DNA from: Fidelibacterota bacterium | GTDB taxonomy: Bacteria > Fidelibacterota > Marinisomatia > Marinisomatales > TCS55 | DNA length: 64,000 nt | Assembly: GCA_046861385.1 (NCBI GenBank) | Contig: JBHHTW010000007.1 | Coordinates: 11,775 to 75,774, forward strand | Direction of reading: 5' to 3' | Part shown: piece after piece, positions 20,977 to 29,650 of the stretch | How the letters are laid out: each line of letters begins with the position of its first letter | Position numbering within the stretch: the stretch's first letter is position 1 | The notes under the pieces: model-generated | What the model saw: only the letters and a program-made list of their open reading frames with translations | What the model was told of the DNA's origin: nothing | Databases searched by the model: none | Made by a program: the position numbers and the translations under genes

Positions 20977-20992
20977 GACTGACTGGTCGGTC
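20977..20992. promoter_or_regulatory. Putative TetR operator
   Basis: Near-palindrome GACTGAC-TG-GTCGGTC 20 bp upstream of the tetR start, in AT-rich context. Confidence 0.65.
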
Positions 20993-21025
20993 GGAGTTTA
21001 AGAAAAAATATTATTTTTTAATATA

Positions 21026-21796
21026 TTAATTCTTACTCCATATAAAATCGATCAGGGGCAATATGTGTATTCGAGTCGTTTTATCTTTCGGATAGCCGTC
21101 CGGGTACTCGCCAAAGATAAATTTATATCCCAACGATAAATGAAACCTGGCGCTTTTCTCCCAGGTAATCATGCTTTTATGTTCCAACGCCAGTGAGCCC
21201 TTCATGCCCGGGATTAAAAACAAGTCGCCATCAACCAAATAAGTCCATTTTCTACTCATGCGTCCATTTATATCAACCCCAAACCGCATGAGCCAGCCGT
21301 TGTAATAAACAGCGAGACGATGATAAATCAATGGTAAATCAATTGTAGAGCCCTCTGTCAAATCCTCTCCGCCAAATGCAACAGCGCCGCCTGCTTTGAA
21401 TGTTAAAATCCGGTTTTTATCCAACTGTTTGCTCGCCAATGCCATGTTCCAGAAAGAGACCATCTTTGGAATATCAAATTCCGGCGAAATCATACCGCCG
21501 ATGCCTTCCTTCGCCAACATTGTTAATAATGGTGTCGGGTAATACAATGAATGGGTCGTTGAAAGCGTCCATTGATACCTCTGGCGCCATTGTTGTTTAA
21601 TCGTTGCTCCGGGCATCAAAATAGCGGTCAGCTTGTAAAAAGAGATTTCCCGGTCTCCGGACAGTCCGCGGCGAATCGGTTGAAACAACCCATATTCCCA
21701 TCGCCCCTGCGGGAGCGTATTGGCCGTTCCCGGCAGCCAGTCCGCCTGAGAGAATATCTGGGTTACCAGAACAATAATGAGAAATAATTTTTTCAT
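21026..21796 (-). CDS. Hypothetical exported protein, probable outer-membrane beta-barrel
   Basis: Signal peptide, GTANTLPQG motif, alternating aromatic strands, C-terminal PLIDFIW. Confidence 0.55.
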   Translation of the reverse strand: MKKLFLIIVLVTQIFSQADWLPGTANTLPQGRWEYGLFQPIRRGLSGDREISFYKLTAILMPGATIKQQWRQRYQWTLSTTHSLYYPTPLLTMLAKEGIGGMISPEFDIPKMVSFWNMALASKQLDKNRILTFKAGGAVAFGGEDLTEGSTIDLPLIYHRLAVYYNGWLMRFGVDINGRMSRKWTYLVDGDLFLIPGMKGSLALEHKSMITWEKSARFHLSLGYKFIFGEYPDGYPKDKTTRIHILPLIDFIWSKN

Positions 21797-22887
21797 TATT
21801 CCAGAACAATCGATACGGTTACAGGAGCATGATCTGATATTTGCATTACATCTTGATGGGTTATTCCAGAGCCGGGTACAATATTCTGGTTGGAAAAAAT
21901 ATAATCTAATTTACGATTCCATAATCTGTCCCCGGATGTACTGTGGGTGCTGTGTTCGTCGGTTATAGCGTCTGCAAGTAAAATAGCTGTATTGTACTTA
22001 TTGTACAATGGTTGGAGAATAACCGGTTCATTTTCAAAAAAATTAAAATAACTCCCTTCTCTGTGTGGACCTCCGTCAGAATCTGTGTGAAACGATTCGT
22101 CTTCACAAGCATCCACCAGGCAGAAATCATATTCTGATCCCGGAGGAATTGAATTCAAATCACCGCCGCCTATAAAATGATAACCATCGGAATTAATTTT
22201 ATCCAGTATTTCTTTAAATTTATCAATATGCTTTTGTTTTGTATCATCAGTGGCAAAGGCAGTGGCATGAACATTGACAGCATAAAAATTATTTTGACCG
22301 GGAACTTCGACGATTGTTTTCAGTGCATTTCTCCGAAGGTAAAACATTTTTGTAAGGGCATCTTGATCTGTCCGCAAAGGCAGTTTAATGCGTTCTGATG
22401 AATTGAATGGCCATTTGCTCATGACCACATTCCCAACATCCATACGGCCAATGCCATCACTGGGGATGGTTTGGGCTTTCCACATAGAAGCATAGGTGGC
22501 ATAATTCATATCTGTATGATCCAATATCCATTGCACCTGATCAATATAGGCTGTTCGTTTGGACTCCCGGTCTACTTCCTGCATTAAAATAATATCCGGA
22601 TTGACATCCTCGATTTTGGCTGCGATACGCTCAAGGGCATCCAAGACTTCTTTTTCGGTCATAACGGTTCTATCTCCGCAGGTATCGCCAAAAAAAGGCA
22701 GCCGCCCAATACCAAAACGAATATTCCAAGTCATCACTTTTATTGAACCTCCGGGGTCAGGTGCGGATTCAATCTTCTTGGCTTCATACTGGACGGCGTC
22801 TTCAATATCATTAAAGGTCGTGACCAGGGGTTCACAACTAACCAGAAAGAAAATCAATATTATAATAGTGTATTTTACTGACGACAT
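21796..22887 (-). CDS. Endonuclease/exonuclease/phosphatase-family lipoprotein
   Basis: Lipobox LVSC; KVMTWNI, DIILMQEVD, GGDLN, LDYIF, SDHAPV. Confidence 0.9.
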   Translation of the reverse strand: MSSVKYTIIILIFFLVSCEPLVTTFNDIEDAVQYEAKKIESAPDPGGSIKVMTWNIRFGIGRLPFFGDTCGDRTVMTEKEVLDALERIAAKIEDVNPDIILMQEVDRESKRTAYIDQVQWILDHTDMNYATYASMWKAQTIPSDGIGRMDVGNVVMSKWPFNSSERIKLPLRTDQDALTKMFYLRRNALKTIVEVPGQNNFYAVNVHATAFATDDTKQKHIDKFKEILDKINSDGYHFIGGGDLNSIPPGSEYDFCLVDACEDESFHTDSDGGPHREGSYFNFFENEPVILQPLYNKYNTAILLADAITDEHSTHSTSGDRLWNRKLDYIFSNQNIVPGSGITHQDVMQISDHAPVTVSIVLE

Positions 22888-22900
22888 CTCAGGAAATATA

Positions 22901-23872
22901 TCACTGTTCCATTACACGAATCAGTATTTCATTGTCCCCAGGAAACAACCCGGATTTAACCAGTCTTGGAACCAATTTTTTCAACCGGGGTTCGATTAAA
23001 AATACACTTTTAAATATGGTCATAGCCTCGTCTTCCCGCCCGGCGCCTACAAGAGTTACTGCTGTCCAGAATGGCAATTCCGGATTTTCAGGATAAAATT
23101 CAGCCGCCCGATTATATTCAATTAATGCCAATTCTAACTTTTCATTCTCCATATAAAGATCGCCTGCATTGGCGTGCTCATAAGCCCTGTGGATACGAAT
23201 CAATCTGCGCAATTCTTTGATCGGTTCGGAATGGTCCTCAATTCGCAAATCTAACACTGTATCTTTCCAGGGGATCCCGGTCGGTTTGCCGCTAACTATT
23301 AAAATGGCTGCAGATTGTTTTCCCCTAATGTCTCCTCCTTCTTTTTGAGCTGCTTCTAAGGCGGCTAGCATTCGATCGGCCAAATCACCACCGGTGTTTT
23401 CAAATGCCCTTGCCATAGCAGCCGGCACAGTATTATTTTCCATTAAGTTTGCCTGGACTGTATAATTTTTCCCCGCGATATGACCGGCATAGTCAATGCA
23501 ACTACTTCCCGTATGGGCGGCAGAGTTCCCGCGAATATCAACCATTCCCACTTGTCGGACAGATTTTCCTTCATCTTTAGCCAATAATTCCGCCAAGGCT
23601 TCTTCCGCTGTTTTTCCTTCTCTCATAAGTTTGAGCCCTTCGGGACCATATTCTATTTTCACAAATGATTGGGTCGCCACAGCGCCGACACCCGCTTCTG
23701 CCCATGGAACCAAGGAGCCTACAGAAAACCAATGGCTTTGAACAGCAACGCCCAGTTCCCCGGTTTCTTCATCAAAGGCGACAATAGAATAGGTGTTTAC
23801 CGGACGGATTCCATGTCCAAATATGATATTCGCTAATATTAACCATGTAAAAAATATTTTTTGTTTAATCAT
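22901..23872 (-). CDS. DUF1028 (Ntn-hydrolase-like) protein with C-terminal TPR
   Basis: TYSIVA.D..TGELGVAVQS, GAVATQS, GGDIRGKQSAA, LDLRIEDH. Confidence 0.88.
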   Translation of the reverse strand: MIKQKIFFTWLILANIIFGHGIRPVNTYSIVAFDEETGELGVAVQSHWFSVGSLVPWAEAGVGAVATQSFVKIEYGPEGLKLMREGKTAEEALAELLAKDEGKSVRQVGMVDIRGNSAAHTGSSCIDYAGHIAGKNYTVQANLMENNTVPAAMARAFENTGGDLADRMLAALEAAQKEGGDIRGKQSAAILIVSGKPTGIPWKDTVLDLRIEDHSEPIKELRRLIRIHRAYEHANAGDLYMENEKLELALIEYNRAAEFYPENPELPFWTAVTLVGAGREDEAMTIFKSVFLIEPRLKKLVPRLVKSGLFPGDNEILIRVMEQ

Positions 23873-24057
23873 GTTGTTTCCTCTACAAATATTTGGGAAA
23901 TGTACTCCGGCAATTATATTTTATCAACCTCAAGTTCTGTCGGCATTATTTTACGTTTACAACAAATAACTTATTAATTCCATAGAATCCATTCCTCGGC
24001 GAACAATGGTCGTGGATGCTTAAAAAGGAGCTCTATGTAGTGGAGAATCGTATTTAT

Positions 24058-24543
24058 TTAAATTTCTTCAAACACGCCTGTCTTTTTATTCTTTTGGACT
24101 TTATCATAATTAAAACATTTTCCATTCATGGCAATATATACACCGCGGGGTAGGCTTTGGACAAAAGCAATGGCTGCTCCCAAGTTAAACAGACCGTCCG
24201 AGCTACCAAATTTAAAGGGAATCATTGCCCCTGTGAGAACAATGGTTTTTCCCAGATGCCTATCTGCCAGTAATTTTGCCGTTGTGGTCATGGTGTCGGT
24301 TCCGTGGGTAATAATAATTTGATCTTCTTCAACGCTTTTGCAATTGTCTACAATCAGTTTTCGATCTGAATCGGTCATATCAAGACTGTCTATCATCATT
24401 AGTTTGTGGATGTTCACATCTATTTGCGCTCTCCCAAGTTTGAGGATTTCTCGCATATGTGTGTCTTGGAAATAAAGCTTTCCATTTATTTCATCGTACT
24501 CTTTATCAAAAGTACCTCCCGTAATAAAGATTTGTATTGCCAT
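24058..24543 (-). CDS. Short single-domain asparaginase-family protein
   Basis: TGGTF and HGTDTM catalytic Thr motifs, LTGAM. Confidence 0.88.
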   Translation of the reverse strand: MAIQIFITGGTFDKEYDEINGKLYFQDTHMREILKLGRAQIDVNIHKLMMIDSLDMTDSDRKLIVDNCKSVEEDQIIITHGTDTMTTTAKLLADRHLGKTIVLTGAMIPFKFGSSDGLFNLGAAIAFVQSLPRGVYIAMNGKCFNYDKVQKNKKTGVFEEI

Positions 24544-24663
24544 AATTTTCCCAATATATGCTTGTTAGACTCACGCGACGGTTATATCAGAATTAAAGTA
24601 ATCCCCTTCAATAAGAATAATCAAAGAGATCCATTCCCTTGTTTAACCAAGATCGCGATAATA

Positions 24664-25014
24664 TTATAATAGTGTTAATACATTTTCAGGTGGTCGACCC
24701 AATATTGCTTTATCCTCTTTGACGACAATCGGTCTTTCAATAATTTTCGGAAATTTTGACATCGCTAATAGCAGAGCATCATCGTCGACCAGCAGTGTCT
24801 TTAGGCCGTTTTCCTTAAAGTCCGCCTCTTTTTTTCGCACAAAATCAGTGGGGCCGATTCCCATTTTTTCCGATAGAGTTTTTAAATCTGCCACAGATGG
24901 AACATCTTTTAAATATTCAATTATGGTTGGTTCGATACCGTTGTCACGCAACAGTTGCAGTGTTTTCCTGCTTTTACCTCATCTGGGGTTATGATAAATC
25001 GTAAAACCGCTCAT
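24664..25014 (-). CDS. arsC: Arsenate reductase (ArsC/glutaredoxin family), probable selenoprotein (Sec12)
   Basis: ATG 25014 after AAAGGA: MSGFTIYHNPR-TGA-GKSRKTLQLL, in frame with the ORF-track 24951 fragment; IERPIV and GRPPE motifs. Confidence 0.85.
24957..24971 (-). other. Putative bacterial SECIS hairpin
   Basis: GCAG-GAAAACA-CTGC beginning 8 nt after the in-frame UGA; loop starts with G. Confidence 0.55.
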
Positions 25015-25111
25015 TTTTCATCAATCCTTTCTCATTGTTGGTTCAGCGCAATGCCTAATTTACAAATTCCATACAGGTATCATTAATCTACCTGAAAAAT
25101 GATAATTCAGA

Positions 25112-25765
25112 TTAAATTGTTTCACAAATATCACTGAACGGCTTTTTACTGATCACGGGAACTTCTGCGTCTTTTGCCGGGTAGCCAACGGGGATTAATA
25201 AATAGGCCCGTTCGTTTTCCGGGCGTTTTAATATTTTCTGCAGAAATTTCATCGGGCTTGGCGTATGGGTTAAGGAAACCAATCCTGCGTTGTGAATCGC
25301 CGCTAATAAAACCCCAACTGCGATACCAACGGATTCATTCACATAATAATTTTTCCGGGGTTCCTCGCGGTGCGTATCTACTACTTCTTTAAAGACAACT
25401 ATTAAACATGGTGCATTTTCCAGGAATGGTTTCTGCCAGTCCGTGCCGAATTGGTTTAAGTCTTCCAGCCATTCTTTTGTTGCTCGATGGCCATAGAATT
25501 CTTTTTCTTCCTTTTCAGCCGCAATACGAATTTGTTTTTTAATCTTCGGGCTTTTCACAACAACAAATTTCCAAGGCTGCTTATTCGCGCCAGAGGGCGC
25601 TGTTGCGGCTGTTTCAATAATCTTTTTTATGATGTCTTTTGGGACCGGTCTCTTGGAAAAATCTCGTACCGTCCTCCGAGATTTCATCATCTCCAAAAAA
25701 TAATTGGACCGGCTTATCATTTCACTTTCAGATAATTCATTAAAATCTAATTTCGTGAATGTCAT
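25112..25765 (-). CDS. Nitroreductase superfamily, iodotyrosine deiodinase-like
   Basis: RRTVRDFS, APSGANKQPW, GTDWQKPFLE.AP, YYVNESVGI, LVSLTHTPSPM, LLIPVGYP. Confidence 0.82.
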   Translation of the reverse strand: MTFTKLDFNELSESEMISRSNYFLEMMKSRRTVRDFSKRPVPKDIIKKIIETAATAPSGANKQPWKFVVVKSPKIKKQIRIAAEKEEKEFYGHRATKEWLEDLNQFGTDWQKPFLENAPCLIVVFKEVVDTHREEPRKNYYVNESVGIAVGVLLAAIHNAGLVSLTHTPSPMKFLQKILKRPENERAYLLIPVGYPAKDAEVPVISKKPFSDICETI

Positions 25766-26025
25766 AGCTTTACTTTCATGGTTAGTTTTCAAGAAGGAAA
25801 TTACTATTACTTAATGACCTTTATCTATTTGCATAAGAATAACTATGATTGAATTTATAGCAATAATACATCCTCGTAAATGTATAAAACACCCGTCACA
25901 CCAGTCCTGTTATTTGTAACCAGGATAAACATCAACGGGTTGTTCCAGATCTTCAAAAAATTTGCCGTACCTGTTTTTCCAGGCTAATTCTCTTTTTGGA
26001 GTTCATTTAAAGGCCTTAGGATATT

Positions 26026-27615
26026 TCATTCCTTATATCCGTCTAATTCCCTAGCAGAAGGATCAATGACATCTGTCCACTTTGGCATCCAGAAATGGGG
26101 GATAAGGTTATCATGCTTTCCGAAGAATTGTTGATATACTTTTCGATAATAATAACTCTCTTTCAATAGTGGTTGGCAGTGATTGATTTTTACTGATTCG
26201 CGCTCAAATTCTTCTTCAGTTATTATTTTGTCCACATGGTTTTGGATAATAGTATGCCAGGATTTATTGGCATTACTGACGCCATCAGAGAAAGCGCATT
26301 TTCTTCTCCAAAGAATATCCTTCGGAAGCAAATCCATTCCATCAAAAGCCTTTCGTAATAAATGTTTCTCCAGCCGTTTTTTACCATCAAACGTTTTTAG
26401 GTCTGGCGGGATGGATAAATAGTATTTCACGAACGCTTTATCTAAAAATGGTGTCCGTGCTTCCAACCCGTTTGAACTGATGCTGCGGTCGGAACGAAGC
26501 ACATCAAACAAATACAATTCTTTCACCAACCGTTCGCTCTCTGTTTGCAGCTCGGCTGGTGAAGGAGCGTTTTTGAGATACACATAACCACCGCATACTT
26601 CATCCGCGCCGTCGCCATTGAACACAACTTTGCAATCAGAATTTTCACGGATAAACTTTGATACGAGATAATTACCCACGCTGGCCCGAACGGTGGTAGT
26701 GTCAAAAGATTCAATATTATAGATCACTGTTTCAATGGCATCCAAAAAATCCTTTTCAGACACCTCAATTTGATGATGGATTGTACCAATATGATCTGCG
26801 GTTCTTTGGGCATATTTCAAATCAATGCTGCCTGTAATTCCAATGGAAAATGTTTTTAATGTATTGCCGTTACTGTGTTGAGCTACCAATGCCGTGATCA
26901 GACTTGAATCCAACCCTCCGGACAAAAGACAGCCAATTTCCCGTTCTGCCATCATGCGTTTTTCCACAGCTTTTGACAAATATTTCCGAATACCATCACA
27001 AATTTCATTTTCACGGCCGGTTGCAATTCCATCACCATTGTAATGAAAATAACGATGGAAAGAATCCGGGGTTTTTGAACTCCACCAGGTTCCCGGCGGA
27101 AAAGGTTCAATGGTGTCGCATAGGTTAATCATTGGTTTTGCTTCGGAAGCAATATAATGATCTTCGTCTTTTCTGCCAATGAATCCCGGGCGAACTCCAA
27201 CGGGGTCACGACCCGCGTAAAAAGAGTCCGATGTACTATCATGCAAAACAAACATAAAAACGCCATCCAGTTCTTTTACTGTTTTCTCCATGCCAAATTC
27301 CTTAAACAAAAACAGGATGATTTCACAGTCCGATCCGGTAGTTAGCTGAAACCCGTATTTTTCAGCTAATTGTTTATAATTATAAATCTCTCCGTTGCAG
27401 ACCAAGGTTAACGAGGGGTCCTGGGGGTGTTGCATGGGTTGGTCTCCCGTTTCAGAAACACCCATAATCGCCAGGCGGTGAAAGATAAAAATTCCCCTTC
27501 CTTCCAATATTTTTACATGGGTGTTTTCCGGGCCCCGGTATTTGATTTTGCCAGCGTGTTCCGCCAGGCTGTCTGGCGTTTGATTTGATCCCAAGTAACT
27601 AAAAATTCCACACAT
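26026..27615 (-). CDS. asnB: Asparagine synthase (glutamine-hydrolysing)
   Basis: MCGI N-terminus, HRLAI, NGEIYN, LSGGLDSS, GDGADE, EARTPFLD. Confidence 0.95.
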   Translation of the reverse strand: MCGIFSYLGSNQTPDSLAEHAGKIKYRGPENTHVKILEGRGIFIFHRLAIMGVSETGDQPMQHPQDPSLTLVCNGEIYNYKQLAEKYGFQLTTGSDCEIILFLFKEFGMEKTVKELDGVFMFVLHDSTSDSFYAGRDPVGVRPGFIGRKDEDHYIASEAKPMINLCDTIEPFPPGTWWSSKTPDSFHRYFHYNGDGIATGRENEICDGIRKYLSKAVEKRMMAEREIGCLLSGGLDSSLITALVAQHSNGNTLKTFSIGITGSIDLKYAQRTADHIGTIHHQIEVSEKDFLDAIETVIYNIESFDTTTVRASVGNYLVSKFIRENSDCKVVFNGDGADEVCGGYVYLKNAPSPAELQTESERLVKELYLFDVLRSDRSISSNGLEARTPFLDKAFVKYYLSIPPDLKTFDGKKRLEKHLLRKAFDGMDLLPKDILWRRKCAFSDGVSNANKSWHTIIQNHVDKIITEEEFERESVKINHCQPLLKESYYYRKVYQQFFGKHDNLIPHFWMPKWTDVIDPSARELDGYKE

Positions 27616-27643
27616 ATTTTTTATTTCCTTTAATTTTCTGTAT

Positions 27644-27679
27644 AAAAAAACCCTCGCTACTTTCGTTTGCGAGGGTTTT
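27644..27679 (-). terminator. Attenuator terminator upstream of asnB
   Basis: AAAACCCTCGC-AAACGAAAGTA-GCGAGGG-T7 on the minus strand, about 30 nt before the asnB start. Confidence 0.85.
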
Positions 27680-27701
27680 GTTTAAAACCAGTGTTTAGTG
27701 C

Positions 27702-27776
27702 CTACACAGATTCCCCCGCGCCAATATTATTGGCGTTAATATTATTGCGATTGGAGTTATCTGTGAAAAGTATCAT
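27702..27776 (-). CDS. asnB leader peptide MILFTDNSNRNNINANNIGAGESV
   Basis: 24-codon ORF with 7 Asn codons in positions 7-17, immediately 5' of the terminator. Confidence 0.8.
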   Translation of the reverse strand: MILFTDNSNRNNINANNIGAGESV

Positions 27777-27823
27777 ACGTTTCTCATGGTCAATTTAGGA
27801 ATAATTACTCCTAACAAACATTT

Positions 27824-28798
27824 CTAATTTTCTGACACCATAAATTTGGCTACGCGATTCTTTACTGGTTTCACTGTCATTAAATAATCATAAATCGCCC
27901 CCAGGTCTTCTTCTGTCATTCCCGCGTAAAACGTCCAAGGCATAACCGTGTTGCCTTCTCCGTCCGGAACTATCATGTTTTTTGCTTCTTTATCTGCATA
28001 AGCTTTAAACATTCCAATGAAGTTTTCCTTGGTTTTGTTGCCCATGCCCGTTTCAAGGTCTGGGGTAATATTTGCAGAAGTGGCAACTGTTCCATTTGGA
28101 AATGGAAATTTAAATCCACCGGCATAATCCATGCCGGCTATTTTTTGTCCCCGTTTGTCCTGAGGTGTGTGGCAACCAGCGCACCCTGAGATGGTGGTCA
28201 TATATTTCCCATAGGCGAGATGATCCGTTTTAACAGGCTCCGGATTGGCTTTAGACGGTTTTGGAATGGTTCGTACAATATATTGCATAGGAAAATTTAA
28301 TTTCCTTTTTGGAGGTGTATATTCAGCGGCTTTTAAAGTCCGGATATAAGCCACTATCGAAAATAAATCTTCCTGGCTCAAGCTTGAATAATATTCGTAC
28401 GGCATGATAGGAAACAGCGCTTCTTCTGCCTTGTTGACTCCGGAAGTTATTGCTCTTGCCAACTCGCCGTCAGACCAGTCGCCAATAGCATATGGAGTGA
28501 TGTTTTTAGAATATACTTTCCCAGGAAGCCCCTTGGACTCGTCAAAGAGTTCTCCTCCTTTTCCTTCTGTACCTGGCTCAATCGGGCCAGAATATTTATT
28601 CCAGTTTCTTGTGGCATGACAATCAATACATACGGTAACGTGATTTGCCAAGTACTTCCCTCGTTCAATTCTGCTGGGGGTTTGTTCAACCGTGATTTCT
28701 TCTGGGGGTCCAACTTTTATTGGGACCAGACTGGTACACGCTGATACAATTAATAGAAAAAAGAGGATAGACATTATCCTCTGATTATTTTGGCTCAT
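27824..28798 (-). CDS. Diheme cytochrome c lipoprotein
   Basis: Lipobox-like VSAC; CIDCH and CAGCH heme motifs; NITP repeats. Confidence 0.9.
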   Translation of the reverse strand: MSQNNQRIMSILFFLLIVSACTSLVPIKVGPPEEITVEQTPSRIERGKYLANHVTVCIDCHATRNWNKYSGPIEPGTEGKGGELFDESKGLPGKVYSKNITPYAIGDWSDGELARAITSGVNKAEEALFPIMPYEYYSSLSQEDLFSIVAYIRTLKAAEYTPPKRKLNFPMQYIVRTIPKPSKANPEPVKTDHLAYGKYMTTISGCAGCHTPQDKRGQKIAGMDYAGGFKFPFPNGTVATSANITPDLETGMGNKTKENFIGMFKAYADKEAKNMIVPDGEGNTVMPWTFYAGMTEEDLGAIYDYLMTVKPVKNRVAKFMVSEN

Positions 28799-28826
28799 TT
28801 AATTATCTCCCTTTTGGTTTTCCCTG

Positions 28827-28855
28827 GCTCATGTCTTATGATTCATAACATGAGC
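28827..28855. promoter_or_regulatory. Inverted repeat upstream of cytochrome c (operator or 5' hairpin)
   Basis: GCTCATG-TC-TTATGA-T-TCATAA-CATGAGC. Confidence 0.4.
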
Positions 28856-29188
28856 ATTAAGTAATAATTTATAAAAGGTATATATTTTTTAAAATGTGGA
28901 AATTTTTAACCACTATAGAGAATATTTGACGGTGAGAGGCTTGTTTTCTTATCAACGCCCATTATTTACAACTTAACATTATTAATCCATTGAATTTTTG
29001 AGTCGGATGTCCTGATTAATTTTTCGGTTAAAGAGGCCGCCTCATTTTATCAAGTTTCTTTTCTGCCTATTAAATGCTGTGTTGCAATGAGCAGATGAAA
29101 TAATTTTTTGAAAACCACAAACCATTCACTAAAAAACAAAAATCGAATAAAGCTTTACTGTATAACTATTTAATATTAAACTATAATT

Positions 29189-29641
29189 ATGCATAGTAAG
29201 ATAAAATCGTATTCTGAGGGCCAGCGTCGTGTGTTGAGCGCGTGGGTAAAGCTCAATCGATCTGCTGAATCGATCGCTCAAACGGATTGGAAAATTATTA
29301 ACGAACACGGATTAACTGCCTCTCAATTCGGAGCAATGGAAACCCTTTACCACAAAGGACCCATGTGTCAAAAGGCTTTGGGCGAAAAATTGCTACGTAG
29401 TGGTGGAAATATGACCAAGGTAGTAGATAATCTTGAGCGGGATGGATATGTCGTCCGCGTACGAGATGAGAACGACCGCAGATACTTTAGAATTCAACTT
29501 ACGCAAAATGGGACCGATAAAATCGAAGTCGTATTTCCAAAAATATTAGCAAATCTTATGAATCGATTTTCGGTCCTTACTAAACAAGAACAACAAGCCT
29601 TATCCGGATTGTGCAAACGATTAGGATTAGGAATAAAATAG
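29189..29641 (+). CDS. MarR-family regulator (MhqR-like)
   Basis: GLTASQF, SGGNMTKVVDNLE..GYV.R...DRR; palindrome TTTAATATTAAA at 29169-29180. Confidence 0.9.
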   Translation: MHSKIKSYSEGQRRVLSAWVKLNRSAESIAQTDWKIINEHGLTASQFGAMETLYHKGPMCQKALGEKLLRSGGNMTKVVDNLERDGYVVRVRDENDRRYFRIQLTQNGTDKIEVVFPKILANLMNRFSVLTKQEQQALSGLCKRLGLGIK

Positions 29642-29650
29642 GAGTAAAAG

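Noticed and set aside
24574-24657. Long-range CGCGAC-GGTTA / TAACC-ATCGCG pairing suggesting an ncRNA
   Set aside because: Short arms, unpaired interior, and no SRP/6S/riboswitch signature.
24979-24981. Genome-wide UGA reassignment (code 4/25) as the explanation of the in-frame TGA
   Set aside because: Several conserved genes end at TGA at their expected C-termini, and other genes show no internal TGA.
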